This document shows, piece by piece, positions 39,760-51,500 of a stretch of 64,000 nt of DNA. The stretch is taken from NCBI GenBank assembly GCA_964016885.1, contig OZ024740.1, positions 242,916,001 through 242,980,000 of the forward strand, written 5' to 3'. A program made the position numbers and the translations under genes. Each line of letters opens with the position of its first letter. Within the stretch, counting starts at the first letter, position 1. This DNA is from Eledone cirrhosa. Taxonomy: Eukaryota. Under the pieces are notes generated by a model. The model saw only the letters and a program-made list of their open reading frames with translations. It did no database searches and was not told the origin of the DNA.

Positions 39760-40010
39760 TCATCATCATCGTTTTAACGTCTGCTTTCTCTGCTAGCAAG
39801 GGCTGGAGAGATCTACATAGACCAAAACAGTACTGATCTACCAGACAAGCCAGGGATCTGTCGTCTCACTTTTCTATGGTCTCACATTCTACTGAGTGCA
39901 CAGAGGAGGTTGTCATGTCTTTGACACAACTGAGGGTCCTCCCAACCCTTTGTTTGGCAATCCCTCTACAGCTGGATGCCCTTCCTATCACCAACCACTT
40001 CACAAGGGGG
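39760..40010 (-). mobile_element. Decayed SINE body/RTE tail
   Basis: (CAT)n GTTTTAACGTC.., CTACAGCTGGATGCCCTTCCT. Confidence 0.6.
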
Positions 40011-40434
40011 CCACAGCATGCGTGAGGAGGAGGCATGGGAAATGTGTTGTGAGGTGGCGTTGTGGTGTTGAGGATAGCTGTTAGTGAGTGTATGTTGTAG
40101 AAAATATACATCACAGCTAAATCTTTCAAAAGTCTGGCATGCCACAATATAAATTATGGCTCACATATTTGAAACAGTGCACTTACACAGCTTACACACA
40201 CATGCATGCACACACACACAGGGGGATTTTTTTTTTTACTACACTTGTGATGTGTGTGTAAATAAATTCTGCTATGGAGATTATTATTTTGAATAAAAAT
40301 CTAAGTTAATACAAACACCTAATCAGTAACTGAATTATCACGATTTTAAACCAATTTAGATTTTTTGATGCTCAGGACACCTGAGTCATATGCCATTTAG
40401 AATGCAGATACTATCATCATTATCTTAATCTTCA

Positions 40435-40626
40435 GGGGCGGTGGATTGGCAGTATCGGTAGAGGATCGGACGCCATGCTTTCCAGCATAGTTACGTCCCT
40501 TTACGATCTGAGTTCAAATCCCGCCGAGGTTGACTTTGCCTTTCATCCTTATGGGGTCGATAAAATAAAGTACCAGTAATGCACTGGGTAATTGCTGGCC
40601 TTGTGCCTAACGTAGAAACAATTATA
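40435..40626 (+). mobile_element. Meta-like SINE, full length
   Basis: TSD TTAATCTTCA. Confidence 0.9.
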
Positions 40627-40764
40627 TTAATCTTCATTTAACATCCACTTTCCCTGCTAGAAAAGGTGGGACACTATATGTATATATCGACAGAGACAAG
40701 AATAAATAAATAAATAAAATAAAGATGGTAGTCATTACAATACAATGGGAGGAAACATAATAGT

Positions 40765-40806
40765 ACCACTGATGATGTCACAGATGTGTGACAAAAGAAC
40801 TTTGAT
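40765..40806 (+). ncRNA. Hammerhead-like motif, paralog of 15527-15569
   Basis: CTGATGA-T-GTCACA GATG TGTGAC-AAAA-GAAC-TT-TGA (GAAA mutated). Confidence 0.5.
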
Positions 40807-41016
40807 AGACTATATATATATATTTATATCTGTATTTTTAACCATTGGTCAATCAATGATAAATATTGATTGACAGATAAATTAACAATGGAGATATAAA
40901 AGATACAGAAGCAAAAACCAATCCAAACCAAACAGTTTTCTGGTAATACCATAACAATATGACCCTCCTCAAATATAACAATATAACAATATATATATAT
41001 ATATACACATACACCC

Positions 41017-41047
<31 letters not shown>

Positions 41048-41148
41048 AATCAGGAAAGAAAAATGACATGGTTTGCTATACAAAAAAGGGTTTTAATCAT
41101 ACTGGACTACACTTAAGTGGACTACCTATAACAATAATTTGTTACCCC

Positions 41149-41182
<34 letters not shown>

Positions 41183-41188
<6 letters not shown>

Positions 41189-41206
41189 TAGAAATTCATC
41201 TTTCTC

Positions 41207-41248
<42 letters not shown>

Positions 41249-41272
41249 GAGAAAGATGAATTTCTAATGTAT
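41183..41272. repeat. Perfect 90-bp palindrome centred on (TA)17
   Basis: ATACATTAGAAATTCATCTTTCTCTCTG-(TA)n-CAGAGAGAAAGATGAATTTCTAATGTAT. Confidence 0.92.
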
Positions 41273-41575
41273 TATAGTGCTTACAACTGTCTCTTACATA
41301 CAGTGTTGTCTAAAGTCTTTAGATATAATCTGTAGTACAAAATAACATACTGTATATATATTTCTAAAAGTTTGTGCATACATTCATTTCCCTTCCTTTC
41401 TCTTACTTTTGTTTCTCCCCTTCTGCCTCACTTCAGACTGTATATGTTTTACTTCTCTTCCTATTACTCATTTACTTCCATTTATTATTTGCTCTCTCTC
41501 TATATATATATATATCTCCCTCTCACACACACTCACTCACTCTTCTATCAATGTCTGTCTCTATCAATACATACT

Positions 41576-43362
41576 GACGACCCCAAGAAATGCGCCGAAC
41601 TCATTGCTGAATGTTATGCAGGCATTTTCACTATTGAAGACCTGAGTGTACCGTCTCCACCACCTCTGACATTGGATTCTATTACAACTATGGAATTTAC
41701 ACCTGCAATGCTGCAACGTCACCTTAAAAATAAACGCAACCATGCCTCTCCTGGCCTTGATGGTTTTACGTACCTGCTTCTCAAACGTGGTGGGTACTTC
41801 CTTCTACACCAGTTATCACGCTTCTTCCAATTCTGTCTGAACAACAGTGCTACTCCAGAACAGTGGAAAACTGCCTGTGTCATTCCTCTGTTCAAAAAGG
41901 GTGACTGCACATCACCTGTGAACTATCGTCCAGTCAGTCTTACTAACTGCATTGCCAAACTAATGGAATCCTGCGTCAGAGAAACACTTTGAAACTTCTG
42001 GAACTCTGACAGTCTTATCCGGCCCTCGCAATTTGGATGTATCCCTAACTCCAGCTGCTGTGATCAACTTATCGAGTTTCTTGAAGACATCACCTGGATC
42101 ACTGATGGTGGCTCATGGGTGGATATTGTTTACCTTGACTTTATTAAAGCTTTCAATTCTGTGCCACACAAAAGACTTATGGCAAAACTCTCTGCAATGA
42201 GTGTGAAGGATGATCTTTTTAACTAGTTGAAGTCCTTCATTCTCAGTCGAAGAGAAGTAGTCACTGTTCTAGGACAGCATTCCTCACCATATGAGATGTC
42301 ATCTGGTGTACCACAGGGATCTGTTCTTGGCCCCCTTTCGTTTGTGGCATATATTAATGACATAGATGCCAACTTAAAGAATGCCACAGTACTGAAATAT
42401 GCAAATGACATCAAGCTGTACCTTGAGATAAAAAGGACAGATCCTCAACACTATATATCTTGCCTGCAATCTGACCTTGACACAATGCAACAATGGATCA
42501 CAGACTGGCAACTCAAGCTAGCTGTGGACAAGTGCACCACCATGCATTTTGGGAGTAAAAACCCAGCGTCCACATACTCCCTCCACAACACTAATATCAA
42601 GAAGTCTTCTTGTGAACGTGACCTGGGCATTACGGTCAGCAGCAATTTGCATTGGATGAAGCACGTCTCTAAAATTGTCAAGAAGGCCGAGGGTCTCTTA
42701 GCATCCCTCAGCAAGACATTTATCAGCCGCTTTCCAGCTATCTATTTAAAGCTGTATATAGCTATGGTGCGGCCACACTTAGAATTTGCATCACCAGTCT
42801 GGAATCCCTATCTTGCTCAGAACATTGACTGCCTGGAAACTGTTCAGAGACGTGCAATCAAGCGAATACCCTCCATCAGGCATTTACCATACTCTGAACA
42901 CCTTGCTTCCCTGGGCATGGATACATTGAAGCTCCGATGTCTGGCAACTGACTTGGTAAACACCCACAGAATTATTAACCATCTTGCCAACAACAACCCT
43001 GAGTACTCTTTTGATTTCCATGTGTTTAACACACATGGGCATGCCCACAAAGTCAGAAAACAGCACAGGTCCCATGACTTTCGGAAACATTTTTTCACGC
43101 TCTGAGTTACTGAAGCATGGAACAAACTACCTGCATCAGTTGTTAGCTGTCGAGACACTGCATCCTTTAAAACCTCCATGCTTCCTGAGATTCGCCAACA
43201 CTATTCCTAATATTCCCCCTCCATACACATACACACATGTATACCATGACTCATACACTATTCACTTCCCTGACATTTGTATATTATTCTATGTACTATA
43301 CATGCACCTTTGACGAGTTGTGGTGCACTGAGCACTGTGCACAATAATTTCATTATCATTAT
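41576..43362 (+). mobile_element. CR1-clade LINE, 5'-truncated, few stops
   Basis: SPGLDG, PLFKKG..NYRPVSLT, VYLDF.KAF, GVPQGSVLGP, YANDIK, ERDLG, VRPHLEFA..W.P, FF...V..AWNKLP. Confidence 0.9.
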
Positions 43363-43419
43363 TTTATACATATACCTATGTAAGAAGACAAGATAGAAAG
43401 TTTTTTGTAGTGTATGTAA

Positions 43420-44600
43420 CATCATTATCATCAACATCATCTTCATCATCGTCATCATCCTTTTATGTCCACTGTTCCATGCTTGCTTGCATTGGTTAGA
43501 TAGATCTTTTACCCCACATGTCACATTCCTTTGTCATCTCCTTTGTAAGCTTCAGTGATTTCAGATCAACTATCACTACTTCTGCCCAGGTTTCCCTTGG
43601 TCTTCCTCTACTGCAGCTTCCTTCCACTGGGATTTCTTGGCAATTCTTAACCCAGTGATCATCATTCATGTGCATCACATGTCCATACCATCATAGTCTC
43701 CTCACTTGCAAATTACATCTGATTCTTCTTATACTCAGTTTATCTTTCAATTCATCCATGGTTTGTCATTCACCCACATTAACATAGTACATCCATCAGA
43801 GCTTTCTTGCTTTATATCTCTCCAGCCAACAAATATCCTCTGCATTCACTAGCATGCAACATCACACTTTGCTCCCAGGTGTCATACAGCTGACCTTTTG
43901 TTTGTAGGAGAAAACTTTTGTTTTCAACAGAAGTAGTAGATCACTAAACTTCTTCCATCCTGTCCTTATTCTAGCTACTATGCTCTCTGGATACTCTCCT
44001 CCATGGCTGATTATATCACCTAAGTATCAGTAGCTATCAACTACTTCAATGGATCCTTCTTGGGATTGGAAAAGGTTTATATCATTGCCACTCTGGCTAT
44101 CAATTGACCCTGAAAATCTACTACATACAAAGTCTTCCTTTCCTGTCAGTCTGCCTGTTATTCCACTACACCTTTTGTGTACCCAAGATTTGCATTGTGT
44201 ACATCATATAGATTTTATGCCAACTCCTTTTCTATATAGAAAGAAAGAGCACTTTCCTGGTGGCATCAAGGCCCTATCTGCTTTTTTTACTTTTTAATAC
44301 TTTGGCTTTTGTTAAGTTTAATACTTTGGCTTTTGTTAAGCCTGGGGGACTATAATAAACAGAAGTAGACTAAGTACTAAACTTTGATCCACTCCTACCT
44401 GCACTTTGAATTATTCACTAAACTCATTACCTCATCTTCTGTTGTGCCAGACCCCACTTTGTAGTGTCTGATAGACTATGCAGGTGACTAATTCAACCCC
44501 TACTTCCCGAGATGCATTCAGCATCTCAGTGACTATCTCAGACAGTGCAGCTGCTTTATTGCTTCTTTGATTCTACAACAGTTAATTTTGATAGCTGCTC
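43420..44600 (-). mobile_element. Decayed RTE LINE
   Basis: MMHMNDDHWVK..RGRPRETWAEVV; (CAT)n tail. Confidence 0.8.
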
Positions 44601-44680
44601 CCTCTGGCCTTGCCGTAAAATTGCTCAGTATGCAAATTAGGCTAATCAGCTGATGTATACTTTAGAAAATACTATATATT

Positions 44681-44777
44681 TTCAACAGTTCAAACGAGTA
44701 GCAAAGAAAGTCACAGTCTTGATGTAGGGCAATAACCCAGAAACATGTTACTGTTCTTCTTCTATGCTACTGTTGAA
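44681..44777 (+). ncRNA. Long hairpin enclosing a degenerate hammerhead-like core
   Basis: AGTAGCA..ACAGT-CTTGATGT-A-GGG CAATAA CCC-AGAAA-C AT GTT-ACTGT..TGCTACT. Confidence 0.5.
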
Positions 44778-44849
44778 CGAACAGATGATGTTGATGGTCA
44801 TCAGAAACAAACCATGGGATATTGCAGCCATTTTCTTGCAAACGAATCA

Positions 44850-46490
44850 CATGTTCATCCTTACTGGGTCAATAAAATAAAGTACCAGTAATGCACTGGG
44901 TAATTGCTGGCCTTGTGTCAAAAGTAGAAACAATTATTATTCAATATAAACGAATAATTACACTCACACACACACACACACATATGTATATAAATATATA
45001 TATATATATAAATTATAAAGTAAGAAGAAATAATAGACACAGATATATACCTATTTTTTCTTCAATGTCCCGACTGTATAGTTTTGCTGGTCAGTATGCA
45101 ACAATCCTACATCATAGAGATGCAACATTGTTGTGAGGCAAGCCAGCTTTTCAAGGGAACACCTCAGGGAAAGAGCGCTTCCAGACACGTCCGTAGCAAG
45201 CGAGAAAATCTCAAAAAGGTAGAGGGAGATATTATCACGTGATACATCGGTCAAGAAAGGGGACTAAATCCCTTGTAGCAGTGAAAAATATCTCAGAAGG
45301 CAGAGGGAGATAGTGATATGATACCGAGGCTACAGATGGGTGGTAAGGTTGACTGAAAGTGGTTATAGTGTTTGCTTAAAAGCAGTTTCTATACTTCCGT
45401 GGTTACTCTACCGTGAGGGAGTTTGAGACAATAATGAGAGGTACGCACATATAGGTGCATACATACATACACATGTATATATACACATATATTTTTTCTC
45501 ACAAGTATGTGTTGTCAACCTTAACCAGTGCTGCTCTATGATTATGAGAGACAAGATAATCGAAATAATTAAATTGACTCGATATCAGAGCTATGTAACA
45601 AATTATATATATATATATATATATAATTATTTTGCAGTATCGGTAGAGGGTCGGACGCCATGCTTTCCAGCATAGTTACGTCCCTTTACGATCTGAGTTC
45701 AAATCCCGCCGAGGTTGACTTTGCCTTTCATCCTTACGGGGTCGATAAAATAAAGTACCAGTAATGCACTGGGTATTTGCTGGCCTTGTGCCTAAAGTAG
45801 AAACAATTATTATTAATATTATTATCATGATAAAAGTTTGTCATTATTACAAAAGGGCAGTGGATTAGCAGTATCAGTAACTGTGCTTGTCATTGTTATG
45901 GAGTCGGTAAAATAATGTACCTGTAATGCACTGGGGTTGGTTTAATTGACTTTCCTGTCCCCCAAAATTGTTGGCCTTGTGCCTAAATCCCAAACCATTA
46001 TTATTATTATTATTAGGGTGGTGGATTGGCAGTATCAGTAGAGCATCGGACACCCTGCTTCATGGCATAGAGTTATGGCCCATTCTGAGTTCAAATCGTA
46101 CCGAAGTTAGCTTTGCTTTTCATCCTTACGGGGTCAATAAAATAAAGTACCAGTAATGCACTGAAATAATTGCTGGTATTGTACCAAAAATAGAAACAAT
46201 TATTATTATTTGGCAGAATCTGTCCTGTACTGTCCTTAATGTCTACTTTATGTAAACCCTTGTGGTTAATAAAGAAAGCATTATTTGGCAGAATTATTAG
46301 AATATTGAATAAAATGTATTGTCACATTAGTTACAGCTTATGTTCTGAGTTCAAATCCCTCCAAGTTTAATTTTGCCCTATATCAGTCCAAGATCCATAA
46401 AATATAGTACCAGTTATGTACTAGGGTCAATATCATCAACTTTCTCCTTCCCCAAGATTGCTAGCTACATGCTAATTTTAGAAAGAATTA
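44850..46490 (+). mobile_element. Cluster of co-oriented Meta-like SINEs (about 44850-44935, 45632-45806, 45856-45997, 46016-46198, 46285-46487) plus a Tx1 tail at 46220-46279
   Basis: Repeated SINE head/central/tail motifs; Tx1 tail flanked by TSD ATTATTTGGCAGAAT. Confidence 0.8.
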
Positions 46491-48452
46491 CACCGTGTAA
46501 CATATTTGTTGTTCCCCGGTTCTAAGTGTCATTTCCTGCTTTGTTATATCCCATTTGGCAGTATCGGTAGAGGGTCGGACGTCATGCTTTGATGCATAGA
46601 GTTACGGCCCTTTCCAATCTGAGTTCAAATCCCGCCGAGGTTAACTTTGCCTTTCATCCTTACGGGGTCGATAAAATAAAGTACCAGTAAAACACTGGGT
46701 ACTTGCTGGCCTTGTGCCAAAAGTAGAAACAATTATAAAAAAACACTATTATTTAATCAGAAGTTTGGGTTTGTGGTCAGGAGTTTGATATTTCGAAATT
46801 TTCATATTTTTCAAGAAAAAACACATTTTTTTAAATTTATCAGTTCATATAATTAAATCAACAGAGTATATATTTATTTTATTACATAAGCTTATCAAAA
46901 GCAAACAAGTAAAAACAAATAACACTTATAAAGCAACTTATACACGTCAGAAATGACAGGTTTTCCTGGATTTTCGGTTGTAGTCCAGGTCGCATTCCCG
47001 CACTAGCCCCCAGATATAGTCCCCCATCATTTTTTCATTGTAGTGGCCCTGGTACTTCCGCTCTATCTCTTTCACATCTTGGTGGAATCGTTCGCCTTGT
47101 TCTTCTGAGTAAGCGCCCATATTGTCCTTGAATTTTTCCAGGTGAGTGTCCAGCATATGGAGTTTAAGCGATATCCTGCATCCCATGGCGCCAAAAGCTT
47201 TTATCAGATCCTGCACCAGTTGTTGGTAGTTTTCAGATCTGTAGTTGCCCAGGAAGCCCTTAACAACTGCCTTGAAACAGTTCCATGATGTTCTCTCAAT
47301 CCTATTAAGCTTATTGGAGAACTCGGTAGAGTCAAACACCTTCTTTATCTGAGGTCCAGCAAAAATTCCACCTTTGATTTTGGCCTCAGATAACTTGGGG
47401 AAGAACTCAAGAAGGTACTTAAAAACGGCTGATTCTTGGTTGAGAGCCTTCACAAACTGCTTCATCAACCCCAACTTAATGTGCAGTGGCGGCATGAGCA
47501 GAATCCTGGGATCAACCAGTGGCTCCCACATGACGTTCCGGGTCCCAACTACAAATTCTGTTCGCTGCTCCCAGTTCTTTCTTTTGTAGTCGTCAGAGGT
47601 CGCTCTGCTGTCCCAAAGGCAGAGGAAGCATTGGAATTTGATAAAGCCTCCTTGGAGTCCAAGCAGGAAAGCCACCATCTTGAAGTCTCCAATGATTTCC
47701 CAATTGTACTGGTTGTATTGCAGAGCTTCCAAGAGGACTTTCTCACTGTAGTAATCTTCCTTCAGGCAGACTGAATGAGCTAGGGGCAGTGTCGGGAACT
47801 TGTTTCCATTGTGGAGGAGGACAGCCTTCAAACTTGTGGTGGAGCTGTCTATAAATAGCCGCCACTCCTTGGGTACAAACGGCACCCCAATAACGTCAAA
47901 CAGTCCAGGCACGTCATGGCAGAAGCAGAGGCCATCCCTAAGAGTGTAAAAGCCTGAGAAAGGTTTGTGTCGACTTCTCTGACTTGTGACCTGCACTTCC
48001 TCCTTGACCAAGTTCCACTGCTTCATCCTGGAGACGAATAGCTCTGCATTGGACTTGGTCAGACACATATCCCTGACCAAGTCATTGACTTCTTTTTGGT
48101 TTGGGAAGTGAGGAACTTCTTCTGGTACCCTAGTATCAATAAATCTCTTTAATCCACTTTTTAACAATTTTATACTTTATTGCACTTTTATAATTTTCTT
48201 TAGGTATTACTCTTTATTTTATAATTTAACCTGAAACATATAGAAAAAAATCATTTAACATAAGCAAATTAAACTTACATACAACGTAAAATCCAGCATA
48301 CAAATAATTCTAGTGAATAGCTTAGAATTTTTACAAACCCAAACTTTTAACTGTTTAATAGCACTTTTTTTTTTTATTTGGGACCTAAGCAACACAAATA
48401 AAGTGATTACAAGCCAGGAACAGAGAAAAAAAAATGTGTTTGTTACACAGTG
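46491..48452 (-). mobile_element. Chapaev3 (CMC) DNA transposon, internally deleted, with a SINE at 46553-46733
   Basis: TTA|CACCGTGTAACA ... TGTTACACAGTG|TTA; imperfect TIRs extend to AAGTTTGGGTTTGT / ACAAACCCAAACTT. Confidence 0.9.
46947..48167 (-). CDS. Chapaev3 transposase catalytic region (open frame, N-terminus missing)
   Basis: WRLFIDSS..SLKAVLLHNGN, GDFKMV..LLGLQGG..K..CFLCLWDSR, PPLHIKLGLMKQFVKAL, KLH.L..H, SEEQGERFHQD; annotated start is a TTG in non-homologous AT-rich sequence. Confidence 0.85.
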   Translation of the reverse strand: MLKSGLKRFIDTRVPEEVPHFPNQKEVNDLVRDMCLTKSNAELFVSRMKQWNLVKEEVQVTSQRSRHKPFSGFYTLRDGLCFCHDVPGLFDVIGVPFVPKEWRLFIDSSTTSLKAVLLHNGNKFPTLPLAHSVCLKEDYYSEKVLLEALQYNQYNWEIIGDFKMVAFLLGLQGGFIKFQCFLCLWDSRATSDDYKRKNWEQRTEFVVGTRNVMWEPLVDPRILLMPPLHIKLGLMKQFVKALNQESAVFKYLLEFFPKLSEAKIKGGIFAGPQIKKVFDSTEFSNKLNRIERTSWNCFKAVVKGFLGNYRSENYQQLVQDLIKAFGAMGCRISLKLHMLDTHLEKFKDNMGAYSEEQGERFHQDVKEIERKYQGHYNEKMMGDYIWGLVRECDLDYNRKSRKTCHF

Positions 48453-48521
48453 TTATTATCATTACTAATAGTGACTGTTTAGTTTGAAGTTCTGCTGATA
48501 CTGGCTTCCGAAAACAACATC

Positions 48522-48632
48522 ATGTGAAATAAAGTGTCTTGCTCAAGGAAACAACACATCACCCAGTCTGAGAATTGAGCTCACAACCTTTCGACTGCAA
48601 GCCCAATGCTCTAACCACTAAGCCATGTGCCT
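48522..48632 (-). mobile_element. CORE-like SINE 5' part
   Basis: Reverse complement of 48743-48852. Confidence 0.85.
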
Positions 48633-48742
48633 CCACATACAGCTTCTTATAAACAGACGCAGTCATATGTATATAAATCCATAAATTTAATCACAATATG
48701 TACATGTGTGTACAAATGCATGCATAACATATATACAGTGAA

Positions 48743-49179
48743 GGCACATGGCTTAGTGGTTAGAGCATTGGGCTTGCAATCGAAAGGTTGTGAGTTCAAT
48801 TCTCAGACCGGGTGATGTGTTGTTTCCTTGAGCAAGACACTTTATTTCACATTGCTCCAGTTTACTCAGCTGAGATGATAGTACTGGGGTCCCTATCATA
48901 CCACTGCAAAGTGGTCGTGGAGGTGCCACGGCAAAAAAATCACCCAGCCCACACTGTAAAGTGGACGTGTATGCGCCACGGAAAAAAAGCACCCAGCACT
49001 CACTCTAAATGAGGTTGGTGTTAGGAAGGGCATCCAGCTGTACAAATCAAGCCAGAATCAGTTCCTGTATGAGCAAGACATGGTGAGCCAACCGGACACT
49101 GTCCATAACAGGACAACCCGTGTAACCCATGGTAGCGTGGAAGAACGAATGTAAAAATGGTGATGATGATGATGATGAT
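48743..49179 (+). mobile_element. CORE-like SINE, full length with RTE tail
   Basis: tRNA head, CORE-like block, duplicated AAAA.CACCCAGC.CAC unit, (GAT)n tail. Confidence 0.9.
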
Positions 49180-49963
49180 ACATACAAACACATGCATACA
49201 CATAATGTAAACATACATGAATATATACTCCCTCCTCCATACAGGACCCCCCCCCCCCCAAAAAAAAAGAAAACACACACACACACACATTCAGACATGT
49301 ACACAGAGTAAACGTACTCTTGCCTTTTTTATGTTAAAACTATGTTTTATTTTATATTTTAAATATTTCTGATGTCTGCATCGAATATTTTCAACTCTTA
49401 TATCACAGCCAGTCATTTTAATACATCATATCAAACCTGCATAACTGAGAGACAAGATTTAAACCCAATAACATTAAATTTATTAGACTTGTACGGGAAA
49501 AGATGCATGTAAGTAGAAAGAAAGCCTGGAGAAAAGATGGTCTCCAAGAGAAATGGTTGTGGGTAGAACAGGAACAAATATATACAATATGTGCGGCCTA
49601 TCATCTTAATATTTATCATTTACCAGGTTTTGCCATTTCAACCAGTCAGATATCATCTATCATATTCAGGCTTAATTTTGTCTTTTGTTTTCCATGTATA
49701 TTTTTTAGACATTTACATCTTTAAATACTCATTCAATCAGTGATTTATCATCTCTCTTATTCAGGCATTGTGGCAATATATACATGATATATTGAAATAC
49801 TGAGTGCAGATGGCGACTTGTACACTGTTTGAGGAAAAAACAGAAAAAAACGTGCTTGTATAATCTGCCATTTCTCACAGTTATTCTATCATATGTTTCA
49901 ATCATCACAAAATATATTTACCATCACAATCGTTGTCTCATTCGCAGTTGTCTGTCATTGAAG

Positions 49964-50312
49964 TCACCACCACCATCAACATCATCACCACCACTACTAC
50001 TACCACCACCACCACCACCATCATCACCATCACCACCACCCCACCACCACCATCAACATCATCACCACCACTACCACCACTACCACCGCCACCACCACCA
50101 TCATCACCATCACCACCACCACCACCACCATCACCCCACCATCACCACCATCATCACCACCACCACCATCACCCCACCATCACCACCATCATCACCACCA
50201 CCACAACCACTAATATCACCACCATCATCACCACCACCACCATCCTCATCATTACCATCACCACCATCGTCATCATCAGTATCAACATTGCCACCATTAT
50301 TAAAGTCAACAA
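49964..50312. repeat. (CAC/CAT)n microsatellite
   Basis: Direct read. Confidence 0.92.
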
Positions 50313-50763
50313 CAACCCCTCAATTTTATTAATATTTATACATTTATTCAATTATTTATTCATTCTCATCAAACTTACATTTTTTTGTCCAAATCAATAT
50401 TCTATTTTTCTCCCTTATCTTTCTTTTTTATTTATTTATTTCCTCATTTTTATATCAAGAACATTCTGGAAGACTGTATTACTTTGATTATCTGCCATAT
50501 TCAACACAAAATGTTGGCCATCCTTGCATTTAAGTTATAATTTTTTCTCATGTCTTCTTAATTATAATTAATTATATGCACTATTAGATTATATAGTATA
50601 TATAATATAATATATATATTTGTGAGGAAAACTCTTTATAACACCTACCTATGTATTTATCTCTCTCTCTCTATATATATATATATAACTTTACAGTTGA
50701 GCGCTTTTAATCTATTGTAAAATTGTATTCATTGAGTAATCAACAAACCATATTAATATTTGG

Positions 50764-50820
<57 letters not shown>

Positions 50821-50909
50821 AAAGTTCTATTTAAATTGTTGGGATATAACAAGCAAATATTTTTATAACTGATATAAAGCACTCAACACATATTTGGAGT
50901 AAAAATACG

Positions 50910-51086
50910 ATATTAACAAATGGAAACTATATTTATAAAACCATATTTATTTCATTATACATATTTCAAGGACACCGAGTTAAATTATGGTGTGCTTTCA
51001 TCAGATAAAATATAATATAGATCAGTTTTATAAATAAATATTGACATACCCTTAAAGAATGCAACCATTGCTGTTGGAAGCTCCCA
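50910..51086 (-). mobile_element. PLE-like terminal fragment with intact hammerhead core boxes (51004-50958)
   Basis: CTGATGA-AAGCACACC (12-nt loop) GGTGTCCTT-GAAA-T AT GTA, then AATAAA. Confidence 0.6.
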
Positions 51087-51500
51087 GTGTCAGTCCAACA
51101 GAAATTTAGGTTCCGTTTCATGGACTAGCCTTATATACATGGTCCTTCCTTTTTACTGTGAGAAACCATGTGGTTAGAAAGTTCCTAAAGAGGCCTTCTT
51201 GGGGCTTAATTTTACAGTGAGAGAGACAAAATACTTATGGAGATAACACCATATATTTATTTCTTCAAATAATAAATATGTTGTGAGGGGAAATTGAACC
51301 AAGACCAACTTATTTTGGAGATTACTTGAGAGTTGATAAAATAAGTATGAGTTGTATTCTGAAGTCAATTAAATCAATTCAATTCTACTTTATATAACAA
51401 GATTTGCCTTCAAGCACAAGAGAGCAATCAATTATACAGTCTCACTCTCTTCACAATACCCAGCCTGTTTATTAATATAAACAGTTGACAATATCTCTTA

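Noticed and set aside
48743-48815. tRNA gene
   Set aside because: tRNA-derived SINE head: continues into CORE block and RTE tail, acceptor stem not formed
49829-50487. His/Pro/Thr-rich ORFs
   Set aside because: (CAC/CAT)n microsatellite
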